Positions 37,309-46,805 are shown, counted from the stretch's first letter. The stretch is DNA of 64,000 nucleotides from a virus (IMGVR_UViG_3300027905_000001:15362-79361); one strand, 5' to 3'. Notes: generated by a model from the sequence alone, not told the origin. Translations and numbers: made by a program.

Positions 37309-37544
37309 AATGCGTCCAACACCGCCTCGGATTGGGCTTCCATTTCTACGTCTGGGAACAACTCGTTAACTGGAGTATCAAACAAGAAAGATAGCTTCAG
37401 CATTAACTTGCCACTAGGCGTTGCGTTGCCGTTCTCAATATACCTTATCATGGTCCCAGTAACTCCGACGGCAGCGCCTACTTTATCCTGTGTGCCATAG
37501 GCTCTTCTTAGTTGTTTGAATCTTTCTCGTTTATGTCTTGTCAT
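37302..37544 (-). CDS. Cro-like HTH XRE-family regulator (first gene of leftward early operon)
   Basis: AYGTQDKVGAAVGVTGTMIRYIENG; divergent from CI-like gene. Confidence 0.6.
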   Translation of the reverse strand: MTRHKRERFKQLRRAYGTQDKVGAAVGVTGTMIRYIENGNATPSGKLMLKLSFLFDTPVNELFPDVEMEAQSEAVLDALR

Positions 37545-37582
37545 TCTGTATCACCACCTTTGTCCTTGATAGAATATTATCA

Positions 37583-37598
37583 CGTAAATCATATTAAC
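37583..37598. promoter_or_regulatory. Operator-like motif, copy 3, in divergent promoter region
   Basis: gtaaatcatattaacg; -10-like TATACT at 37612-37617. Confidence 0.5.
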
Positions 37599-37645
37599 GC
37601 AATATGTAAATTATACTTTCTTTTATGGAAATGAGGAAAATATTT

Positions 37646-37984
37646 ATGATTATCGGTATGGGCAGTAGAATTAGAGTTCTTCGACTTGAACGAGGGTTAA
37701 CACAGGACCAAATGGCATATAAACTGGACATGAATCGTGCGAATTTCTCACATTACGAAAGAGACACATCTTCCCCACCGTGCGAAGTTCTGGTCAAAAT
37801 AGCTGATATTTTAAATACAACTACAGATTTCCTTCTTGGACGCACAGATACTAATCCACCCGATGCTGCAACAATCAAACAACTACAAGGAATTAATGAA
37901 TTACCGCAAGACAAGAGAAGATTTGTAATAAATATAATAAATTCGATTATTTCAGAAATAATCGAAGAGGCTAAGGAGGAATAG
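37646..37984 (+). CDS. CI-like HTH XRE-family repressor, coupled to integrase
   Basis: RBS GAGGAAAA; VLRLERGLTQDQMAYKLDMNRANFSHYERD; stop 3 nt before integrase ATG. Confidence 0.6.
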   Translation: MIIGMGSRIRVLRLERGLTQDQMAYKLDMNRANFSHYERDTSSPPCEVLVKIADILNTTTDFLLGRTDTNPPDAATIKQLQGINELPQDKRRFVINIINSIISEIIEEAKEE

Positions 37985-37986
37985 GT

Positions 37987-39465
37987 ATGCATGGAATACT
38001 ATACCTGCGCAAAAGCAGAGAAGATGAGCAATATGAAAAAAATACTGGCGAAGATGTTCTGCAAACCCATCGCGAACGTTTGGTTATGCTCTGTAAGTCG
38101 CGGGAAATTACCTTCGACGAACGCGCAGAGGTACGAAGCGGTGATACGATCGCAGGTCGGCCTAAATTTCAGAATATACTAGATACGGATCTCCCCTCTG
38201 GTCAATACTCTTGTATCATTGTTACTGAAATTTCTCGACTTGGCAGAGGGGACATGGAGGATGCAGGAAGAATATACAAAACCATAATCCACAACGAGAT
38301 TAAGATTGTCACGCCGAATAAAATATATGATCCGTTAAACCCTTCCGATCTTCGCCAGCTAAGGTTCGAGCTATTCATGTCTCGGGAGGAATACGAAAGC
38401 ATTAAGGAAAGACTATGGAATAATAGAAATTACCGGGCAACACAAGGTTATGCCGGCAATTATATTGTCACGCTCGGTTTTCGCCAGTCCAGGGGGATAG
38501 TCGAGATAATCCCCGAAGAGGAAAAATTAGTGCTTGAAATATTTACGATGCGCTCTGAAAATTACTCCTATCAAGAAATAGCGGATTACTTTAATTCCAG
38601 AAATTTAAAGACAAAACGCGGAACAAAGTATCATGAATCTACAATATATAAGATATTAAAAAATCCCAGGTATATAGGAGTGGCTAAGTGGCAAGGCAAG
38701 GAATATATAGCTAAGCACCCTGCGATAGTCTCATTGGACCTATGGAACTCTGCGCAGGATATCAACGCTGAAAGACATCACAAGAGACGAGGGTCAAAAA
38801 ACGATAACCCTTATCTAGTAGAGCTATACTGTCGAGAATGCGGGCAAAGGATGTACGGGGAACGCTCTACCCCGCAAAGGGTAATAGATGGTGTTCGAAA
38901 GCTATATAAAAGCAGAGACATCTATATTTGTAGGGGCAGAAAAAGCATCCCTAAATGTTGGCACCACATAGGAGCCAGCGTTGTTCACTCGACCATCCTT
39001 GATGAGCTTGGGAAGATAATATCAGATCCGCAGATTTTTCTTGAGTTAGTCAACGAGAGAGAATCAAGACTTGGCGTCGATACTAATGGTTTATCAGATC
39101 AAGTGGATGAATTAAATAAGCAAGTCAAGGATAAAAACATCCTTTTGGTAAAAATAGAGAACGATTATGAAAAAGGCGACCTATCCGCTTTGCTATATAC
39201 TAAACACGTTGAAAAAATATCCAAAGAAATAGCATCTATTGAAGGTAGGATAAAAAAAATTAAGGCCGATTTATTAAAATCAGCCATTAAGATTAGTCCT
39301 CCTATGGAATTACAATCAATTTTGAAAACATTCCTAAATAACTGGAACGCCTATCCTAATAGTGACAAGAAGCTCATCATTAGATCATTTCTTCCCAGGG
39401 TTGAGGTGAACAAGCAGGGTGAATTCTTTATCGCTATTACTTTGCCTGATTCTATCGAAATTTAG
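37987..39465 (+). CDS. Large serine recombinase (phage integrase, serine type)
   Basis: N-terminal resolvase-type catalytic domain (YLRKSREDE), recombinase domain, Cys-rich zinc ribbon, C-terminal coiled coil; 492 aa. Confidence 0.8.
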   Translation: MHGILYLRKSREDEQYEKNTGEDVLQTHRERLVMLCKSREITFDERAEVRSGDTIAGRPKFQNILDTDLPSGQYSCIIVTEISRLGRGDMEDAGRIYKTIIHNEIKIVTPNKIYDPLNPSDLRQLRFELFMSREEYESIKERLWNNRNYRATQGYAGNYIVTLGFRQSRGIVEIIPEEEKLVLEIFTMRSENYSYQEIADYFNSRNLKTKRGTKYHESTIYKILKNPRYIGVAKWQGKEYIAKHPAIVSLDLWNSAQDINAERHHKRRGSKNDNPYLVELYCRECGQRMYGERSTPQRVIDGVRKLYKSRDIYICRGRKSIPKCWHHIGASVVHSTILDELGKIISDPQIFLELVNERESRLGVDTNGLSDQVDELNKQVKDKNILLVKIENDYEKGDLSALLYTKHVEKISKEIASIEGRIKKIKADLLKSAIKISPPMELQSILKTFLNNWNAYPNSDKKLIIRSFLPRVEVNKQGEFFIAITLPDSIEI

Positions 39466-39515
39466 CAAACGGGAAACCTTCCGACAATTTCAAAATAGGG
39501 AAGGTTTCCCGTTTG
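39466..39515 (+). terminator. 17-bp perfect inverted repeat after integrase stop (terminator or att-site candidate)
   Basis: caaacgggaaaccttcc / ggaaggtttcccgtttg around a 16-nt loop. Confidence 0.5.
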
Positions 39516-39520
39516 CGGTT

Positions 39521-39784
39521 TTATATCTTTCCTTCATATAATAAGGATTTCAAGAGTTCTATTCCGTCATTGAATCCCTGCTTATATGTATTTTCCAGAA
39601 GAGCATCCACTCTTGATGTTGATAATTCTTCATAGCGATCAAAAATATTTCTTTCCTTACCCAGTAATCTTATTATGTCAACGCTCAAGGAAATGGATTC
39701 TTTTATCCACTCACTGTAATCAGTTGTTTCTTTTGTTTTTTGATAAGCAACGCCAAAGATTCTTTCCGGCATCAGCTTGTCCAT
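39521..39784 (-). CDS. Hypothetical protein
   Basis: Track ORF. Confidence 0.3.
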   Translation of the reverse strand: MDKLMPERIFGVAYQKTKETTDYSEWIKESISLSVDIIRLLGKERNIFDRYEELSTSRVDALLENTYKQGFNDGIELLKSLLYEGKI

Positions 39785-40194
39785 GATAATATCAAGTATT
39801 TTTTCAGTCGGAATATTTTTTTCAATATCTATATCCTCATCTCCTGCCTGAATTTATGTTTTACCAGTCTCTATATACTAGAACGTGTGTTCTTAATTTT
39901 CAAGGGGTAATTTGTCGCAAAAGAAATAAATCGTTTCTCTTCCCCTTTCTCTCGCTACCCGTAGGAACAAAGTCCTACAATCAGTCCTAGATATAATTCA
40001 GAATATTTATTTAAGTTATTGACAGTATACGCTATAACGTTTGTCGAAATCGCGTGAAATAAAGGAGGCCAAATGTGAATATTTTGTGATTATAAATTAT
40101 ACTTAAGTCTACATATTATAATACCTGCTACATTTTTGTGTTAGCAGGATTAATCCTATCCTCTGTGGAAGTATTTTCCTATGGTGGTGAGGCG

Positions 40195-40416
40195 ATGGAT
40201 TTAGAAGATAAGTTAAAGGATAACAAAATACAATACATACTAGACAAGCGTGATATGTCGCAAAAAGACCTTGCCGCAACGCTCGGGTGGTGGCCGAGTG
40301 ACATAAGCGACATCGTTAACGGTAAGGTTAAGCGCCTTACGCTCATTCGCGCTTCGATGATATCCGTTGCTCTCGGGTATTCGGTTGAGTATATTTGGCC
40401 TACTTTATTCAAGTAG
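40195..40416 (+). CDS. HTH XRE-like regulator
   Basis: ATG after GGTGGTGAGG; MSQKDLAATLGWWPSDISDIVNGK. Confidence 0.5.
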   Translation: MDLEDKLKDNKIQYILDKRDMSQKDLAATLGWWPSDISDIVNGKVKRLTLIRASMISVALGYSVEYIWPTLFK

Positions 40417-40431
40417 GCCAAATATTTTTTT
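40396..40431 (+). terminator. Rho-independent terminator overlapping gene 3' end
   Basis: 9-bp stem tggcctact/agtaggcca then T-run. Confidence 0.65.
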
Positions 40432-40553
40432 ATATTTTTTTAGTCATAAAATTAGACTTTCGTCTATATACTTTATCACACCCAGTAAGCCACCGTCACA
40501 CCACGTCTTACACTATACTACGCCAGTCAGACAAAATTTTGAGAGGTGAGAAT

Positions 40554-40760
40554 GTGAAGAAAAGAAGAACTTTTTGGGACGGAGATGATCTTTGCTCAAA
40601 GCTAGACGCAATACCAGAAAATGAACTAAGTACCATAATCCGCATGGCACTACGAGCATGGTTTAAGATCGACAGCAAGCCCGAACTAACCGTTACCGAC
40701 GCAAGGCAGATAGCGCAGGAGCTGGTAAGGCAACGCAAAGTTGAAAGGAGCGAACGCTAA
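40554..40760 (+). CDS. Ribbon-helix-helix-like small protein
   Basis: GTG start after GAGAGGTGAG; RRTFWDGDDL...STIIRMALRAWF. Confidence 0.4.
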   Translation: MKKRRTFWDGDDLCSKLDAIPENELSTIIRMALRAWFKIDSKPELTVTDARQIAQELVRQRKVERSER

Positions 40761-40921
40761 TGTTCTGGAAGAAATCCATTAAAGCCTCCAAACTCTCAGG
40801 GCTTATCAAGGAAATAGCTAAGGCGGCATCATTAGTACCTTATGGGGATGGCGCGCTGGACTTAGGTTGGGAGGAACTAACCGTCAGTGATCTACTCGAA
40901 TGGATGGAGGAAAGTTTATAG
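40760..40921 (+). CDS. Hypothetical small protein (53 aa)
   Basis: TAATG coupling to upstream gene; not in track. Confidence 0.35.
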   Translation: MFWKKSIKASKLSGLIKEIAKAASLVPYGDGALDLGWEELTVSDLLEWMEESL

Positions 40922-40938
40922 GAAGTGAGGTTGAAATA

Positions 40939-41166
40939 ATGGACATAACTAAAATCCAAAAAATCGTTCGCAAGGCTATCAAGGACTACGCCATTACCGC
41001 AAAGTACGATGAGGAAATTCTAGTATCATTTCTCAGCGTGGATATTTTCCGGGAGATCAACGAGGATTCCCCGGCACCTCTCTCGGATCCCAAGGCTCCC
41101 CCTCGCCGCAATACTAACCAGAATGCATTAGGTCTGGTAAATCACGAAGCAGGTGAAACGCCATGA
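40939..41166 (+). CDS. Hypothetical small protein
   Basis: ATG after GTGAGG. Confidence 0.4.
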   Translation: MDITKIQKIVRKAIKDYAITAKYDEEILVSFLSVDIFREINEDSPAPLSDPKAPPRRNTNQNALGLVNHEAGETP

Positions 41167-42491
41167 GTGAAAAATCATCGTCCGTAAAGCCCGACCTGAT
41201 CGGCTTGACATCCTCTACTCTGGTCAAACTTGGACGCTTTGCCCTACGTCATATCGGCAGTCCCAACAACTCCTATGCGAACAAGATAATGCTGAACTGG
41301 AAACGCAATGACATATGCACCGAAACCAAAGAGCGAGGCAAGGATTACACAGAGAAGAAATACCCTACGCTAGTGGAAAAGACAATGAAGGGTCATAATC
41401 GAGTACTTAGATACAAGATACCCACCGGTCTAAATCCGCAGAAAGTCATGAAATCCCTCTACGACATCGAGTTCGATCTCAAGTCAGAAGTCCTATTCAA
41501 GCGACTTGAGAACGATCCCAAAGCGCACTTCTCACTCACTATCTTATCCGGCAAACTGTTAGACATTATCAACTACTCCAACGAGGCCAGTATTACTCCA
41601 GATGGCAAGGAGTTAAGCAAAGGTCTATGGATACCTCTAGGGTGGTCAAGAAGGGGCTTGGAACAACTTAATTTAGCCTCTAGCAACAGCCCTCATCTTA
41701 TGATCGGAGGGGCTACAGGAGGCGGCAAGAGCATCCTTGGCAGGCTTATCCTTGCTACCCTCCATATCCGCTATAACCGTGATGAATGCCGACTATGGCT
41801 CTGTGACCTTAAACATGGCAACGGCACAGCAAGGCTAGGGAAAAACCCTCTCCTTGTAGATAGGACTATTTCTGATCCGGGCGAAGCAGAACAAATGATG
41901 GACGATCTCTCTGTGATTATTGGCGAGCGATATAATTTATTTAAGGAGTATGAGTGCGACGATTTACAGGCGTTTAACGAGGAATATCCAAGATTGAGAT
42001 TGCCGCGCATTGTGGTTTATGTGGATGAATTAACCAAACTTGAGGGCAAGGAGTTCTCCAGGGCTCGTGAAAAGATGACTAAAGTCACGGGGGAATCCAG
42101 GGGTGCAGGAGTGCATGTTATTATCTCTTGTCACAGGCCCACAGCTAACCTTGTGTCCGGCACGATGAAGAACAATATCTCTGCCGTTGTCGCGTTTAAT
42201 TGCAACGCTGTATCGGCTCGTGTGTTGCTTGGAGAAGATCCGGAGGATTACAAGGCAGCCAGCATGATTGATCCAGATATCGAAGGTCGAGCATTGTTTA
42301 AATTTAAAGATGAGGTATTGCTGCAGGTCCCCTACATCGACAACCATGCAATCAAGTCCCTTATGGCCAACTATCAAAAAGCGATAATTAAAGGTAAGGT
42401 CGAGCCAGTGATACAGGCTGTTATTTCCACTAGGGTGGTTGAGCACTCAGTCGGGCACTCACTCGGTCATACTATTGAGCACCCCCAGTGA
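41163..42491 (+). CDS. FtsK/SpoIIIE-family DNA translocase-like ATPase
   Basis: Walker A GGATGGGKS, Walker B VVYVDE. Confidence 0.75.
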   Translation: MSEKSSSVKPDLIGLTSSTLVKLGRFALRHIGSPNNSYANKIMLNWKRNDICTETKERGKDYTEKKYPTLVEKTMKGHNRVLRYKIPTGLNPQKVMKSLYDIEFDLKSEVLFKRLENDPKAHFSLTILSGKLLDIINYSNEASITPDGKELSKGLWIPLGWSRRGLEQLNLASSNSPHLMIGGATGGGKSILGRLILATLHIRYNRDECRLWLCDLKHGNGTARLGKNPLLVDRTISDPGEAEQMMDDLSVIIGERYNLFKEYECDDLQAFNEEYPRLRLPRIVVYVDELTKLEGKEFSRAREKMTKVTGESRGAGVHVIISCHRPTANLVSGTMKNNISAVVAFNCNAVSARVLLGEDPEDYKAASMIDPDIEGRALFKFKDEVLLQVPYIDNHAIKSLMANYQKAIIKGKVEPVIQAVISTRVVEHSVGHSLGHTIEHPQ

Positions 42492-42614
42492 TTGTACTCA
42501 ACGATTCAATGCGCTTTATAGGCTCCTTTGGTCATGCCGTGCGGTCCGTAAAGTGCTTTATTATCCTTACTTTTTTATTTTGTATTTATTTTATATTTTT
42601 GCGAGGTGAAAATT

Positions 42615-43244
42615 GTGAACTTAGTGGCATATGGCAAGCAACGAGACGAACGAATTATGGGGCTAGTAGGGCTTGGGACAGCCTTTACGCGAAGCCAAAT
42701 AGAGCGAGTTATATTTAAGGGAAGTAAGCGTAAGGCTCAGACTAGACTGCAGGTGCTATCCGATTCAGGGCGACTAAAAAAGATTATCCGCAGTCCCCAC
42801 GAACCAGCCATCTATTGCCTCAAAAAACCCCGAAATATCGATCATTATTTACTTATCAATGAAATCTATTGTGCCGTAATGTCTCAGAAAAAGTCTTGGC
42901 ATATCGTCAAGTGGCAATGGTCATATCCAATTATGGAAGGTAAGATTTGGGCAGACGCAATGGTTGATATTTACGACCAACTCAATAAGCGTAGGCATGT
43001 TATATTTGTTGAGGTTGAGCGTTACGCAGACCGTAAGTTCGAGAAGGATAAAAAGTATTCAGCCATTACCAGCGCGAACTGGACGAAAGAAGAGTGGGCG
43101 ATTAAGGAGCCTACAAGGATATTGTTCCCGGCAATCCTAGTTGTCACCGAATGCAAATTAGAGGTCAAAAGCGAGTTGGATTTCTTTGTTGCCACGATGG
43201 ACCAAGTCAAAAAAGACATTTACTCTATTATCTTAAGGAGGTAA
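42615..43244 (+). CDS. Replication-relaxation family protein (putative)
   Basis: GTG after GAGGTGA; N-terminal winged-helix-like segment; assignment from memory. Confidence 0.4.
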   Translation: MNLVAYGKQRDERIMGLVGLGTAFTRSQIERVIFKGSKRKAQTRLQVLSDSGRLKKIIRSPHEPAIYCLKKPRNIDHYLLINEIYCAVMSQKKSWHIVKWQWSYPIMEGKIWADAMVDIYDQLNKRRHVIFVEVERYADRKFEKDKKYSAITSANWTKEEWAIKEPTRILFPAILVVTECKLEVKSELDFFVATMDQVKKDIYSIILRR

Positions 43245-43248
43245 CACC

Positions 43249-43467
43249 ATGGGTAAACTAGGAAAAGTGACCACAAAGGCCACCTATGGAATCCTGAATC
43301 TGGCGATGAAACCTATTTACGATCAGATGAAAAAAGAGAGAAAAGAAGAAGTTAAAAGATGGAACAAATCGCTAGATATAGCTTCTCAGGATGCAATGGC
43401 CGAGGCTAGATATTTTGAAGTAAGGCAGCCGTTTGATTCGATTATCCACAAGCACCCATTGTGGTAG
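43249..43467 (+). CDS. Hypothetical small protein
   Basis: Track ORF. Confidence 0.4.
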   Translation: MGKLGKVTTKATYGILNLAMKPIYDQMKKERKEEVKRWNKSLDIASQDAMAEARYFEVRQPFDSIIHKHPLW

Positions 43468-43490
43468 TAATGACAATAGTAATGACTTTT

Positions 43491-43570
43491 AGCCCCTTCG
43501 TAAACCGAGGGGCTATTTTAATGCCCTGACATAACGAAACCCCAGCATTTGCCGGGGGTTAGTTTTTATT
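43491..43570 (+). terminator. Two tandem hairpin terminators
   Basis: agccccttcg...cgaggggct + ATTTTAAT; aaccccagc...gccgggggtt + AGTTTTTATT. Confidence 0.55.
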
Positions 43571-43645
43571 CTCTATTATTTATGGCTATTCGGATTATAT
43601 GGTGGAAAATGAGTTTGGAATTTCCAGTTTTATAATAAATAATTA

Positions 43646-43700
43646 CTACTATTATAGCGTTATCGCTTGACAAATTATAGCGATAACGCTATAATAGTAG
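43646..43700. promoter_or_regulatory. Perfect 22-bp inverted repeat enclosing a consensus promoter (TTGACA-17-TATAAT)
   Basis: ctactattatagcgttatcgct (43646-43667) is the exact reverse complement of 43679-43700; -35 at 43667-43672, -10 at 43690-43695. Confidence 0.75.
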
Positions 43701-43763
43701 TAACAGCTAAAGATTACATGAACCCGACAGCCCATAAGGGGCGGGGCGAGAGGAGAATATAAA

Positions 43764-44624
43764 ATGGCAAATGAAGTCGTCAAGGAATACTACAAATGGG
43801 ATGAAACAGGTGAAGCTTTTGGCATAAGTATAAGCTACGATGCCGGAGATGACTGTGGTCCAGTTGCTGGGCTTAAACTAAGTGGTGGACAACCAAAAGA
43901 AGTCAACGGTCAAAATGTCGTTTGGTTCGAAAAAACAACCAAAGGTCAGCCCGTCGCCATAAAGTATAACAGCCGTCCCGATTTAGCAGCCCTTGTGAAC
44001 GAGTATAAAAAGTTTCAGGCTGAGCAACAAACAAGGCATAATACCCGGGCTGCTGCACATCAAGCCGAGCGGGAAGCCATAGACAACCCTCTACTTGAGG
44101 ACATGGAAGCAGAAGCTGTTGAATTGCGGAAAAAGATTCCGACCGGGCATATCGAGGTTGATGTCGAGGATAATGGCAATCTTGACGGCTATCCTAATTT
44201 AAAATACTCAGTAAACGGCGTTGAATTGCCTTGGGATAAGGTCAACCATATTGGCACTGCGAGTGCGATTCGCCCAGGCGCATTAGGTTCTTTTGCTCAA
44301 ATTTATGTCGTATCTATCGCCAAGGATCAAATCGAACAAATCAAAAAAGAGCAGGAAGAGAAATCGGCAATCAACCAAGCTAAAAAAGAGGCTTACCAAA
44401 GAGAATTAACTGGGACTATAATCCCTCCGGCGGCCTTAGAGGCTTACAACTATTACCACGGTGACGCAGAACTAGCATGGGAAAAAGAAGATGAATCCTC
44501 TTGGGCTCTTATTGAACGATGGACCACTTATATCGAGGCACAACATGGGATTGCCCCTCGTAAATTACAGCACATGGTTTCGGAATCCGCGCGCGAAGAG
44601 AATTATGGGATCAATGAGGGTTAG
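43764..44624 (+). CDS. Hypothetical protein (286 aa) under the palindromic operator
   Basis: RBS GAGAGGAG; track ORF. Confidence 0.5.
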   Translation: MANEVVKEYYKWDETGEAFGISISYDAGDDCGPVAGLKLSGGQPKEVNGQNVVWFEKTTKGQPVAIKYNSRPDLAALVNEYKKFQAEQQTRHNTRAAAHQAEREAIDNPLLEDMEAEAVELRKKIPTGHIEVDVEDNGNLDGYPNLKYSVNGVELPWDKVNHIGTASAIRPGALGSFAQIYVVSIAKDQIEQIKKEQEEKSAINQAKKEAYQRELTGTIIPPAALEAYNYYHGDAELAWEKEDESSWALIERWTTYIEAQHGIAPRKLQHMVSESAREENYGINEG

Positions 44625-44645
44625 TGGAGAGAGTGTTTGAAAAAA

Positions 44646-44680
44646 GAAAGAGCCGTAATCAATCGGCTCTTTCTGGATAA
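44646..44680 (+). terminator. Rho-independent terminator
   Basis: gaaagagccg / cggctctttc stem then T-rich. Confidence 0.6.
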
Positions 44681-44784
44681 CTTTTTATTTCAATCCACGC
44701 CTTACGGCGACAATCCTTGATGGGATTTATTACCCATAATATAATCCAAATAGCAGTATATGTCAAGACTAAGGAGGGCATTTC

Positions 44785-45492
44785 GTGAAAAAGAAACATC
44801 GGTCTATTTCGCAGATACTTGATAGATCGAAATCTGCCGAATCAAGAAGAGCTATCACTATAAATTGGTCAAAGTCATGGGAAAATGAGACCATGGAACT
44901 CATACGTAACCTTGAACAGGCTGTAAGGGCCATGGATTACGATCAGCTATGCATTAATACCAGGCAGCTTAAGGCGGTTACTCAAAAACGTTTTGGAGCC
45001 CTGCCAAATATATTTATGCACCTCACTAAGGCTGGTGCCGCAGAGAAAAACCCGGAAAAAGAACCCGAACCATTAGCCAATGCAGCTGTACAAGATATAC
45101 ACAAAAAGCAGGATGTCCCAAAAGAACCAGATGAGCCGAGCCATGCGGAGGAGCAGCATGTGCCCGGAATCTGCATAGACTGTGGTGTCAGTTTTAATGC
45201 TAAAACCAGCCGCCAAAAGCGGTGCCCCGAGTGCCAAGTTGAACACAACAAGGCGTTACGGTTAGCCGCGGCCAAGGCAACTCAAGATGTCAAAAGAGAT
45301 AGGCCTCTTTTGGATATCATGGAGGGATACATTACGGTAAAAGAATGGGCGAGCAAGCACGGTAAGAGTCCGTCCAGCGCTCAGAATATATTGTCCAATT
45401 CCCCTACTCTTGTACCAGCTGCCAGAAAGGTGCGCAATCCTCGCGGCGGCGTGGATATCTGGGTCGTACCAAAAGAGACAATATGGCCTTAA
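44785..45492 (+). CDS. Hypothetical protein with C-terminal zinc ribbon
   Basis: GTG start after AAGGAGGG; CIDCG...CPEC. Confidence 0.45.
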   Translation: MKKKHRSISQILDRSKSAESRRAITINWSKSWENETMELIRNLEQAVRAMDYDQLCINTRQLKAVTQKRFGALPNIFMHLTKAGAAEKNPEKEPEPLANAAVQDIHKKQDVPKEPDEPSHAEEQHVPGICIDCGVSFNAKTSRQKRCPECQVEHNKALRLAAAKATQDVKRDRPLLDIMEGYITVKEWASKHGKSPSSAQNILSNSPTLVPAARKVRNPRGGVDIWVVPKETIWP

Positions 45493-45513
45493 TAAAATAA
45501 AGGAATGATAGCG

Positions 45514-45693
45514 ATGGAACTTAAAGACGTACTAACAGGTCCCGAAGCTGCGCAACTTTGGAGCATTGGAGAGTCAACAGTCCGCAATGCAGCTGCGGCG
45601 GGTAAATTCAACGAAGACGAAGCTCGAAGGGCAGGGAAAAACTGGCTAATCACCAGAGAAGGCATGAAAAGAGTATTTGGTGATCCTAACTAA
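45514..45693 (+). CDS. Small HTH DNA-binding protein (excisionase-like)
   Basis: LTGPEAAQLWSIGESTVRNAAAAGKF...WLITREGMKRVFG. Confidence 0.45.
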   Translation: MELKDVLTGPEAAQLWSIGESTVRNAAAAGKFNEDEARRAGKNWLITREGMKRVFGDPN

Positions 45694-45800
45694 ATGGTCC
45701 ATACCATTTAGTTACAATTATGGAAACAGGGTTTTGATCATTCCACCATAAAATCCGCAGAGCCTATATTTCTTGGCTTTTAGGATATCTTCTGTATTTT

Positions 45801-46055
45801 TCACGCCTTATTCCTCCCATACTTCTTTTCGTACATTGGCTTAAGAATTGCATAAAAGTCGCAATCCTCCAATTTATTCCCATACTTATCCCTGAATTCA
45901 GCTTGCAGTTTTTGTCTAGGAATGTGGCAACTCCCTTTGTAAGGGCATTCGCAAGGCCCCTTGACCATCGTGTCGCCATAGCATTCTTTTTCTTTACAAT
46001 CGTGATGTCCTTGGCAGATAGGATATTCCATGTAATGGCCCGAGCATTCTTTCAT
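45801..46055 (-). CDS. Cys-rich small protein
   Basis: Track ORF. Confidence 0.4.
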   Translation of the reverse strand: MKECSGHYMEYPICQGHHDCKEKECYGDTMVKGPCECPYKGSCHIPRQKLQAEFRDKYGNKLEDCDFYAILKPMYEKKYGRNKA

Positions 46056-46420
46056 TATTTCATCTCTCTCCTAAAAATCTCATTAATCCTACCGACCATC
46101 TCCACCGGCAACGCAACCCGACACATCTCATAATTACTATAATCCGAAGGAGATATACCAAGTGACTTAGCCATCTTTGAGATAGTTATCTGTAACTCTT
46201 TTCTCTTAGCCCTAATCGATATCATTTGTACTTCATTCCTACTATTTGCCTTGACCACTTCTCTTATTTCTTCTTCTCGGTATTCCCTGATCGATTCCTT
46301 GGTCTGCTTTGTTAAGCAACTGAGGTTACGGCAATCGTATGTCCCGCCATGAGTTCCGTTCGGACCATCCCATAAGGCGAAAACGTATTTAGTCGGGTCG
46401 TTGCAGGTTTGACAGTTCAT
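46055..46420 (-). CDS. Zinc-finger plus HTH-like protein
   Basis: N-terminal CQTC...C..C; C-terminal ISKMAKSLGISPSDYSNYE. Confidence 0.4.
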   Translation of the reverse strand: MNCQTCNDPTKYVFALWDGPNGTHGGTYDCRNLSCLTKQTKESIREYREEEIREVVKANSRNEVQMISIRAKRKELQITISKMAKSLGISPSDYSNYEMCRVALPVEMVGRINEIFRREMK

Positions 46421-46606
46421 CTACTCATCCTCCTTCGTGCATCTTTTACCATTCCAGAACGCGCAATCAGCATAGCAACTCCAATTGTCTACACTAAATC
46501 CCATATAGCAATTCAATCGCTTCTGTTTATCTTGGGAAGATTCCAATATTGGTTCTCTATCTTCCACCGACCCATTTATCGCATGCCAATTTTCCTTCAT
46601 GTTCAT
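46421..46606 (-). CDS. Cys-rich small protein
   Basis: Track ORF. Confidence 0.35.
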   Translation of the reverse strand: MNMKENWHAINGSVEDREPILESSQDKQKRLNCYMGFSVDNWSCYADCAFWNGKRCTKEDE

Positions 46607-46805
46607 TTATTTAACCTCCCTACATGTTCGCAAGTATTGCACATCCACCCTTGAAAGTAAGAATTCCAATACGATAAGCAACCACATTTTGGACAGAGTT
46701 TCATTTATTTCCCCTCTTTCTTCTTCTTTTTGAGTTCTCTAATGCAATCCTGCCTCAAATATCAGATTGGCCATTATTCCGTTGCGAAGTGGTTGGGGGT
46801 ATTCT

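Noticed and set aside
40062-40078. Start-stop mini-ORF (AAGGAGG then ATG-TGA) as a regulatory element
   Set aside because: Only 4-nt spacer between RBS and ATG and no obvious coupled downstream gene; noted but not claimed.
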